DNA from: Edaphobacter aggregans
GTDB taxonomy: Bacteria; Acidobacteriota; Terriglobia; Terriglobales; Acidobacteriaceae
Direction: 5' to 3'
NCBI RefSeq assembly: GCF_003945235.1
Contig: NZ_RSDW01000001.1
Span: forward strand, 6,060,001 to 6,092,000
Length of the DNA: 32,000 bases
Shown here: in pieces, positions 25,829 to 32,000 of the stretch
How the letters are laid out: the number at the start of each line of letters is the position of its first letter
How positions within the stretch are numbered: the first letter of the stretch is position 1
The notes under the pieces: model-generated
Seen by the model: the letters and a program-made list of their open reading frames with translations, nothing else
Databases searched by the model: none
Told to the model about the DNA's origin: nothing
Position numbers and translations under genes: made by a program

Positions 25829-26752
25829 ATGACCAAATATCTGCTGGCTGCAACACTACTCACTGCAACACTTCTCCCAGCTCAGGAAGGCCCCACCCGT
25901 ACTCAGGCCCTCATTGCTCTGGATTCCAAATCCCCCCAGACCCCAACTTCGCAAAACATCATCATTAAGGTCAACGACCGGGCGACTCCTCTCACGAGCC
26001 TTGCCCCCATCCCGCCCACCGGAGCCCAGGTAGCCCTCCTCATCGACGACGGTCTCCGCACTAGCGTAGGTCGCCAACTCGACGACATTCGCAACTTCAT
26101 CACGACCCTTCCGCAGGGGACCGAAATCTTCATCGGTTACATGGAAAACGGCCGCGTCGTGCCCGCCCAGGAATTCACCACTGACTATGCCAGTGCAGCC
26201 AAAAACCTCCGTATCCCGATGGGCACCGCGGGCGCCAGCGCGAGCCCTTACTTCTGCCTCTCCGATTTCACCAAGCACTGGCCTGGAGCGCCCGAGCGGG
26301 AGGACTCGATCCAAACCCCCAAGGCCCGCTTCGTCATGATGCTCACCAACGGCGTTGACCCGTATAACGGGAGCGTCAGCCCCCTGAACCAGAACAGCAC
26401 CTACGTTGATGCGGCTGTCGCCGACGCCCAGCGCGCAGGCATCGCCGTCTACTCGATCTACTACGGCGACTCTGGCATTCGTGGCGAAGCCGCCAGCTTC
26501 AGCGGGCAAAGCTACCTGTCTGAGGTTGCAGAAGGCACCGGCGGCCGCACCTACTATCAGGGAACCGGCAACCCCGTCTCCATCGGACCTTTCCTCAAGC
26601 AGTTCCGGGGAGCGATTGCCGAGACGTACGTCGCCACCTTCGAAGCACCTGGCAACAAAAATATGGTTCGAATCAAACTTTCGACCAACCTGCCTGGCAC
26701 GAAGGTTCGAGCTGCCCAGGAGATCCGCCCAGGAACGGCTATCACTCCATAG
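25829..26752 (+). CDS. Secreted VWA-like protein (short acidobacterial VWFA-type paralogue)
   Basis: I place the start at ATG 25829, with signal peptide MTKYLLAATLLTATLLPAQE. Its layout is collinear with the 4136 gene: VALLIDDGLRT...EIFIGYMENG...FVMMLTNG...IAVYSIYYG...GTGGRTYY...TYVATFEAPG..VRIKL. Confidence 0.7.
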   Translation: MTKYLLAATLLTATLLPAQEGPTRTQALIALDSKSPQTPTSQNIIIKVNDRATPLTSLAPIPPTGAQVALLIDDGLRTSVGRQLDDIRNFITTLPQGTEIFIGYMENGRVVPAQEFTTDYASAAKNLRIPMGTAGASASPYFCLSDFTKHWPGAPEREDSIQTPKARFVMMLTNGVDPYNGSVSPLNQNSTYVDAAVADAQRAGIAVYSIYYGDSGIRGEAASFSGQSYLSEVAEGTGGRTYYQGTGNPVSIGPFLKQFRGAIAETYVATFEAPGNKNMVRIKLSTNLPGTKVRAAQEIRPGTAITP

Positions 26753-26760
26753 TTCAGAGC

Positions 26761-27216
26761 TTAGAGCGCACTGACCCCGGCCGCACGGTAGATCTCACGC
26801 ATGTACTGCATGTCGCGCAGACCTTCCTCGCCCGGGGTCCTCGGAGTCTTGTTCTGAAGAATGCACTCAGTGAAATGATCCGCCTGGCGCTCAAACTGCT
26901 TCGGGTCCCTCTCAGGATTGGTCTCATCTATAACCATCGAAGCCGTTCCTTTACCCCCGACCGAGAAGTTAGCCCGTAACCGTAACCCCTCATACCCAAA
27001 CGAACCCACCTCCAGCCACCCCTTCGATCCAAAAACCTTGTAATAACCCAACGCCTTGGTAGTCCGCCCCTCCCCGTGCGCAATGTTAAAACCATTCGCA
27101 CTATCGATCGCCTGCGCTGTCCCGAGCGCCCCATCCCGAATCATCTGAATTGTCTCAACGTAATCGGCTCGTAGTGCAAGCGATAGGCGATCATCAACTT
27201 CACATTCGCCGCCTTG
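26761..27216 (-). pseudogene. Gfo/Idh/MocA-family oxidoreductase remnant: C-terminal half only, frameshifted
   Basis: The minus strand reads KAANVKLMIAYRLHYEP in one frame. A 1-nt frameshift near 27163-27167 then leads to DYVETIQMIRDGALG...FERQADHFTECILQNKTPRTPGEEGLRDMQYMREIYRAA. There is no Rossmann N-terminal domain, and the middle part looks shorter than usual. Confidence 0.75.
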
Positions 27217-27579
27217 GCTCCGATGCGGCCGGTGCAGTCGGGGCGCGATTTGAGGTGGTCGATGGCGTCGCGGGCGTCGGCGTCTTAGCTCTCGATGGTT
27301 TTGGTAGTTTTGAGGACATTGCCGCGGTCGGAACCGGCCTGGTCGTAGGGGAAGATGGCGCCGGCGGGTTCGAACTAGTGGTAGATCTCGGGCATGGCTA
27401 TGATGTAGCCGTGGCCGGCGAGCATCGCTGCGGTGCGGCGTATCGGCGCGGTGATCTGGAAGATTTCGGAGTAGAAGACGATACTAGGGTAGCGTGCGGG
27501 CGGCTGGGCGGACAATGTGGGTCCGCATAGGGCCGTTGAGTGTGTCGAGGGTGACGTACTCGTCGTTGATGATGATCAT
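27217..27579 (-). pseudogene. Dienelactone-hydrolase-family remnant: N-terminal ~120 codons with a frameshift and two in-frame stops
   Basis: An intact SD+ATG (GGAGAGGGAGC-ATG, ATG at 27579) opens MIIINDEYVTLDTLNGPMRTHIVRPAA. After a frameshift at about 27490 the reading continues YPSIVFYSEIFQITAPIRRTAAMLAGHGYIIAMPEIYH*FEPAGAIFPYDQAGSDRGN...ES*DADARDAIDHLKSRPDCTGRIGA. The stops are at 27377-27375 and 27287-27285. Confidence 0.8.
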
Positions 27580-27763
27580 GCTCCCTCTCCGATGTTGTCT
27601 ATCGGTAGGCTACTATGCCAGGTTCGAGGGAGATGACTTGGCAGGGGAGAGAAGCTGGAAGAGATCGGTGTCTATGTTCGTGATGAACTTTATGTCAAAA
27701 AAATATGCCATCCTTCGCTTACCTGGAACGAAGCGAAGGATGGCGGTAGTGAAGGAACAGGGA

Positions 27764-28381
27764 CTAGTTGAAGAGTTTTCGGCGGAGGGCTCCGACGGCT
27801 CCAAGAGCTCCGGTGCCGAGGAGCAGGAGGCTACCTGGCTCGGGAATGGGAGAAGGATCTCCGGCTGAAGCGACGTTGGTGAAGATGAAGGCGTCGTCGT
27901 TGTAGTCGAAGTCGGAGGAGCCGTTCGGGAGGTCTTCCATTCCGACGTAGGTTCCGGCCGGAAAGATCGTTCCGCTGAGGTCGCCGCCGGTGAAGGGCGT
28001 TACGTAGGCATGGTTGATCCCGTCAGCGCTGTAAGTGCCGTCGGAGGCTAAGATCTGGCCGGTGGCATAGTTGTAGAGCTCGAAGACAAGTGTGTCACCG
28101 GCGTTGACGTGACCGAAGTTCGCAGCGGCGTCGAAGGCAGTGGCGTGATTGGGGAAGAAATAGTTGCTGACCCAACCTGTGTTGACGTCGATCATTCGGA
28201 TGCTGTCGTCGTCGCCTGCGCTTTGGGAGACGAAATATCCGGTGATGTTGCCGGTAGCAGCGGCGGTAATGCTCGACTGCGGAGCTATGGTGCCGACATT
28301 ACTGTAAGGGATAGCATCAGCGGCAGCAAAGAGAGATCCGGCGGCAAGGCAGAGGAGTACCGCGAATGAACGAAAGGGCAT
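27764..28381 (-). CDS. PEP-CTERM-anchored secreted protein with a DUF4114-like domain
   Basis: I place the start at ATG 28381, with SD AGGAG upstream and signal peptide MPFRSFAVLLCLAAGSLFAAADA. The DUF4114-like motif is GMEDLPNGSSDFDYNDDAFIFTNV. The C-terminal sorting signal is PIPEPGSLLLLGTGALGAVGALRRKLFN. Confidence 0.9.
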   Translation of the reverse strand: MPFRSFAVLLCLAAGSLFAAADAIPYSNVGTIAPQSSITAAATGNITGYFVSQSAGDDDSIRMIDVNTGWVSNYFFPNHATAFDAAANFGHVNAGDTLVFELYNYATGQILASDGTYSADGINHAYVTPFTGGDLSGTIFPAGTYVGMEDLPNGSSDFDYNDDAFIFTNVASAGDPSPIPEPGSLLLLGTGALGAVGALRRKLFN

Positions 28382-28474
28382 TGAGACGCTCCTGTGAGAT
28401 GGTTTGCATATATGCACGGGAATGGCCAAACCTAGGAATGACCAAAAACCCGGTGTTTTTGAGGGGGTCAGTGT

Positions 28475-28496
28475 AAAAAAAAGGAAAATATTTTCC
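28475..28496 (-). terminator. Weak AT-rich hairpin plus U8 tract downstream of the histidine kinase gene
   Basis: On the minus strand, GGAAAATATTTTCC is followed by TTTTTTTT (plus-strand A-run 28475-28482). The stem is weak. Confidence 0.25.
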
Positions 28497-28577
28497 CAGT
28501 GTGCAAAGAGTAGGCACGTTTAGTCATGGGAAATGACAGCGGGACTTCCGGGGAGCCGATGGGAGCGCGAAGAAGCT

Positions 28578-30011
28578 TTAGGGGTGTAAGGGGAGAAAGA
28601 GGCTGAAGACTGTCCCGTGGTTTTCACGGCTGCGGACGGTGAGACGGCCGCCGTGGCTGTCGATGATGTCCTTGGAGATCCAGAGGCCGAGGCCGGTGCC
28701 GGCTAGCTCGCGGGTGGTGAAGAAGGGGTGGAATATCTTCTGGACGATCTCAGGTGGCATGCCGTGGCCGTTGTCGGCGAGGACGAGACGGACGCCGCGC
28801 TTGCCGGTGGCGGAATGGGTTGTGTCGTAGGCGCGGAGACCGATGCGGCCGCCGGTTCGCATGGCATCGATGGAGTTTGCGACGAGATTGCTGAGAACCT
28901 GGCGGATTTCGCCCTCAAAGCAGTGGAAGGGGGATGGGGTGATGTATCCGCGGTGGATGGTGATGCTGGAATTGGAGAGGCGGCCTTGGTAGAGGGTGGT
29001 GACGGAGTCGAAGAGTTGAGAGGCAGTGACGGCGGTGGGGCGGGTGCTCTGGCGATGGAAGCGCAGAGTCTGGGTCGTGATCTGGGAGCAGCGGACGACT
29101 TCGGCTTCGGCCAGGGAGAGATGGCCGGCGACCTCGGGGTGCAGGTTCTCGTGGGTGCGGGCGATGTAGATGAGGTTAGTGATGGCTTCGAGAGGATTGT
29201 TGATTTCATGGGAGATGGAGGCGGCGAGGCGTCCGACGGCGGCGAGTTTTTCGGACTGGATGAGGGCGGTCTCGGCGCGTTTGAGGCCGCTGAGGTCCAG
29301 CAGGAAGGCGGCGTTCTCCGTTTTGGCTCCAGTCTCGTCGCGGATGCAGGTGGCACCGACGAGAATGGGGATGCGGCGGCCATCGCGGGCGATGTTTACC
29401 TTTTCGTAGGGCTGGCAGACTCCGGTGGCGGTAAGTTGGCGGTCGGCTTCGGCGTCGAGGGGAGCGAACTCGGGCGGGGTGAGGTCCTGCCAGCGCATGC
29501 GTCCTACGACCTCGTTCCTTTCGTAACCGAGGAGCTTGAGCAGCGAGGGGTTCATGTAGGTGATGTTGCCTGCGGCATCGCTGATGGAGACGCCGACGAA
29601 GCTGGTTTCGATGAGGCGGCTGAAGCGGGCTTCGGCGGATATCTGAGGCTGGATGTTGGTGGAGGTGCAGACCCAGCCAATGAGGGTGTCGTCCTCGACC
29701 ATGGGGATGGCGTTGGAGAAGAACCAGTGGTACTCGCCGTCGCGGCCGAGGATGCGGTAGCGGCCTTCGAAGGGCTTGCCCAGACGGACGCCTTCGGCCC
29801 ACTGCTGGTAGACGATGTCGCGGTCGTCGGGGTGGACGCAGGTGATCCAGAAGGATTCGAGGTCGTTGTTGACGAGGTCGGAGCAGGGGCGCCCTGTGAA
29901 GTCGAACCAGCGGGTGTTGAGGAAGTTGATTGTGCCGTCTGGCGTGGTGGTACAGGTGAGCTGAGGAGTGCAGTTCAGAACGAGGCGCGGGTCGAGTGAT
30001 GCGATAGGCAT
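28578..30011 (-). CDS. Cytoplasmic PAS-PAS sensor histidine kinase (HisKA + HATPase_c), with no TM and no adjacent response regulator
   Basis: The first PAS domain reads FLNTRWFDFTGR...VHPDDRD...YRILGRDGEYHWF. The second reads ITYMNPSLLKLLGYERNEVVG. The H-box is LAASISHEINNPLEAI. The N/G boxes are LVANSIDAM, LADNGHGMPPEI and GTGLGLWISKDII. Confidence 0.9.
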   Translation of the reverse strand: MPIASLDPRLVLNCTPQLTCTTTPDGTINFLNTRWFDFTGRPCSDLVNNDLESFWITCVHPDDRDIVYQQWAEGVRLGKPFEGRYRILGRDGEYHWFFSNAIPMVEDDTLIGWVCTSTNIQPQISAEARFSRLIETSFVGVSISDAAGNITYMNPSLLKLLGYERNEVVGRMRWQDLTPPEFAPLDAEADRQLTATGVCQPYEKVNIARDGRRIPILVGATCIRDETGAKTENAAFLLDLSGLKRAETALIQSEKLAAVGRLAASISHEINNPLEAITNLIYIARTHENLHPEVAGHLSLAEAEVVRCSQITTQTLRFHRQSTRPTAVTASQLFDSVTTLYQGRLSNSSITIHRGYITPSPFHCFEGEIRQVLSNLVANSIDAMRTGGRIGLRAYDTTHSATGKRGVRLVLADNGHGMPPEIVQKIFHPFFTTRELAGTGLGLWISKDIIDSHGGRLTVRSRENHGTVFSLFLPLHP

Positions 30012-30100
30012 AGTTGCGGGCCAAGCTTGCTGCGTACAAAGTGGAGTCAGGTTACATGAATGGGGAAATTGTAGCTGAGTTGTTGGGAAAGGGAATTTAT

Positions 30101-30736
30101 CTAATATGCGGGGAGGAATTTTGATGGCGGGAATCCGTGAATGCGAAGTTGGAGGCAGCGCACGGCTTCTCCGTAGTCGAGGAGGAGCTCGCGGGGGAGG
30201 CTGTACTCCTGCGGCCAGGGGGCGGGGTGGGTGTGCCAGTGGATGGAGAGGGTGGGCTGGGCGTTGTCGAATGTGGAGAGGATGAGGGCTGTGCGGCCGA
30301 GGTGGTAGGGAGAGCTAATGACTTCGGCGGAGGACCAGTTGTGCTGGTGCATGAGCTGGGCCGAGTAGTAGATGTTCTGGATGGTGTTGAGGGCCTGGGG
30401 CTCTTCGAGGATGACGTCAGTTGGGATGCCTCGGGTCTGCGCGAATTGGGCCATGGTGTGGGCCTCGACGAAGTTGTTGTGAGCTGGGCCGCCGGTCATG
30501 ATGATGTGGGGGGCGACGCCGGCTTTGTACTCGCGGATGCCTTCGAGGACGCGCTCGCGTTGTTCGGGGGATGGGGTGCCGTCGGAACGGCTGGGTGTGC
30601 CGAGGACGATGATGGTGTCGAAGTGGGTTTGGGCGGTGTTGCTGGTGGGAAGGGTTTTGTAGTTGATCGTGACGATAAGGGCCAAGACGAAGGCGATCAG
30701 GGCAATGACAATGAGGGTTCGGTTGAGGAGCTTCAC
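30101..30736 (-). CDS. YdcF/ElyC-family (DUF218) protein with an N-terminal membrane anchor
   Basis: It has a GTG start and the anchor LIVIALIAFVLALIV. The DUF218 core reads FDTIIVLGTPSRSDGTPSPEQRERVLEGIREYKAGVAPHIIMTGG...EAHTMAQFAQTRGIP..VILEEPQALNTIQN. Confidence 0.85.
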   Translation of the reverse strand: MKLLNRTLIVIALIAFVLALIVTINYKTLPTSNTAQTHFDTIIVLGTPSRSDGTPSPEQRERVLEGIREYKAGVAPHIIMTGGPAHNNFVEAHTMAQFAQTRGIPTDVILEEPQALNTIQNIYYSAQLMHQHNWSSAEVISSPYHLGRTALILSTFDNAQPTLSIHWHTHPAPWPQEYSLPRELLLDYGEAVRCLQLRIHGFPPSKFLPAY

Positions 30737-30765
30737 GCGGGTAGGGTATCAGGGATGATTTGCGG

Positions 30766-31149
30766 TTAGGTTAGGGCTTGTTCGATGACCGCGCTTAGGC
30801 CTGTGATGGGCGCGAGGAGTTCGTCGGGGAGGGAGAAGCGGGTTTTGAGATATTGCGGGTCGTTGTAGCTTAGCCAGACTTTGCCTTCAGCGTCCTGCCA
30901 GGCTAGGGCTTTGATGGGGAGGTCGATGGCTGAGAGGGGCGCGGCTAGCATGATGGGGGTTCCGCCTTTTGGGTTGCCGAAGATGAGGAGTTGGGTGGGA
31001 GGCATTTGGAGGCCGGCTTTTTCGGCTTCGCCGCTGTGGTCTACGCGGGTGAAGACTTTTATGTTTTTGGCTTGGAGAAGAGATTCGAGGCGGTCTAGGG
31101 TTTCGGGGACGGTGTAGGGGCTGGGGTGGGTGATGATGCCGGTGGCCAT
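30766..31149 (-). CDS. DUF302-domain protein
   Basis: I place the start at ATG 31149, with GGGAGA upstream. The domain reads PYTVPETLDRLESLLQAKNIKVFTRVDHSGEAEKAGLQMPPTQLLIFGNPKGGTPIM...DLPIKALAWQDAEGKVWLSYNDP. Confidence 0.85.
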   Translation of the reverse strand: MATGIITHPSPYTVPETLDRLESLLQAKNIKVFTRVDHSGEAEKAGLQMPPTQLLIFGNPKGGTPIMLAAPLSAIDLPIKALAWQDAEGKVWLSYNDPQYLKTRFSLPDELLAPITGLSAVIEQALT

Positions 31150-31346
31150 GCTTTTTTCTCCCAAGATGCTGGATGATATTGTGGCGATTTTTTTGTGATG
31201 GTGAACAGTGTTTTTTGCTGGGGTTTTTGTGAAAACAGCTCGTAGTTGTGGTGGTTTGGTGGTCAATTAGCGGTAAAAAGTGTGGCAAACGTGGTGAGTG
31301 GACGCGCACTTTTTTGGAGCGCGAAATTGTGCCACTTTCGGTAGCT

Positions 31347-32000
31347 TTATTTTTTCACAGGTGTCTTGATGTGGGCTTTTGGTGATCGGGTTTTGGTGGT
31401 TTCGCTGGTGAGGAAGCGGAGGGGGCGGTCGGCGGCTTTCGAGAGGCCTATGCGTGGGGTGATTTGGATGTCGGTGGGGTGTGTGCCGTCGTCGGCGATC
31501 TGGATGGGGGAGTTGGGTGAGGTTAGGTCGAGATCGTTGGAGTTTTTGCGGGTGATGTCGAGGGCCTGGCAGAGGCGGCCGGGGCCTCCGGTGAGGAGCT
31601 TGGGCCTGGCGTTGAGGGAGACGCGGCGGAGGTGGGCCATGGTCTCGATGCCGTCGATGGGGGTGATGGCGCGGATGAGGACTCCGCCGGCCTCGCCGGG
31701 GAGATGGGCGGCTGCGTTGAGGCAGTAATACATGCCGTAGATGAAGTAGACATGGGTGTGGCCGGGTGGGCCGAAGAGGGGGAAGTTGTTGGGGGTGAGG
31801 CCGCGGTAGGCGTGGGATGCGGGGTCGGTGAGGCCGAGGTAGGCTTCGACTTCGGTGATGCGGCCGGTTAGGCGCTCGCCGTGTAGATCACGGATGAGGA
31901 GTTTGCCCAGGAGGGCTCGGGCTACGGTTTCGGGGGAGCGGGAGTAGAAGGCTCTTGTGAGGAGCTTGTTGGTGTGACGGGTTTGTGGGGATGCGCTCAT
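31347..32000 (-). CDS. mpg: DNA-3-methyladenine glycosylase (Mpg/AAG family)
   Basis: Motifs are VARALLGKLLIR...GRITEVEAYLG..DPASHAYRG.T.NN..LFGPPGHTHVYFIYGMYYCLN...GVLIRAI.P..G and GPGRLCQALDI. The ATG is the last triplet of the window, so a more upstream start cannot be excluded. Confidence 0.9.
   Translation of the reverse strand: MSASPQTRHTNKLLTRAFYSRSPETVARALLGKLLIRDLHGERLTGRITEVEAYLGLTDPASHAYRGLTPNNFPLFGPPGHTHVYFIYGMYYCLNAAAHLPGEAGGVLIRAITPIDGIETMAHLRRVSLNARPKLLTGGPGRLCQALDITRKNSNDLDLTSPNSPIQIADDGTHPTDIQITPRIGLSKAADRPLRFLTSETTKTRSPKAHIKTPVKK

Noticed and set aside
25856-26509. 217-aa minus-strand ORF opposite the short VWA-like gene
   Set aside because: It is a shadow ORF. The plus frame has a signal peptide and is collinear with the 4136 VWA protein.
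27150-27530. 126-aa plus-strand ORF
   Set aside because: It is the antisense shadow of the decayed dienelactone hydrolase fragment.
28728-29999. 423-aa plus-strand ORF opposite the histidine kinase
   Set aside because: It is a shadow ORF. The kinase frame carries H-box, N-box and G-box motifs, while this frame is G/D/E/A/V low-complexity. The Pro/Arg-rich alternative frames 28703-29383 and 29206-30039 are rejected likewise.
30137-30769. 210-aa plus-strand ORF opposite ydcF
   Set aside because: It is a G/V/D/E-rich shadow ORF. The minus frame has the DUF218 core motifs.
31150-31346. Multiple T-tracts (31152-57, 31188-94, 31211-16, 31224-28, 31310-15) as phased curved DNA or a repeat array
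   Set aside because: The spacings (about 37, 22, 13 and 86 nt) are not helically phased and the intervening sequences are unrelated. This is most likely just an A/T-rich promoter/terminator spacer between mpg and the DUF302 gene.

Overview
This is a 32-kb chromosomal segment. Its gene content suggests an Acidobacteriota (Terriglobia-type) genome, by inference only. The indicators are giant secreted NHL-propeller/Ig-repeat proteins, 'acidobacterial' VWA proteins, CarboxypepD_reg-fused TonB-dependent/Oar-like outer-membrane barrels and a PEP-CTERM protein. I can support 18 CDS (one 5'-truncated by the window edge), 2 abutting pseudogene remnants, 1 cobalamin riboswitch, a few hairpin terminators and an intragenic 3 x 249-bp tandem repeat. 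The left part (1-16.7 kb) has mixed codon third positions. It runs: partial NHL/Ig giant, VWA protein, 766-bp AT-rich non-coding gap, second NHL/Ig giant, Oar-like TonB-dependent transporter, ROK regulator. The right part (16.9-32 kb) has strongly C/G-ending codons. It holds a GT2 polyprenyl-phosphate glycosyltransferase, YegP, a quinone oxidoreductase and a GT-C-like membrane protein. These are followed by a B12 riboswitch with a BtuB-like receptor, an orphan 4-TM protein, a second VWA-like protein and a decayed dienelactone-hydrolase/Gfo-Idh-MocA deletion scar. The last genes are a PEP-CTERM/DUF4114 protein, a cytoplasmic PAS histidine kinase, YdcF, DUF302 and Mpg. I recognised no rRNA, tRNA, CRISPR array, transposase or integrase. 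I do not see a compact, self-evidently new multi-gene system such as a defence island. The most promising unexplained signals are: (i) a shared C-terminal 'anchor, basic cluster, lipobox-like second helix, beta-strand tail' module on both giant proteins; (ii) the giant-protein/VWA/Oar-like barrel/ROK locus as a possible surface-capture or export unit; (iii) an orphan membrane protein downstream of the riboswitch-controlled receptor with a faint MotA/ExbB-like helix signature. All functional calls rest on motif recognition by eye; no database search was run.
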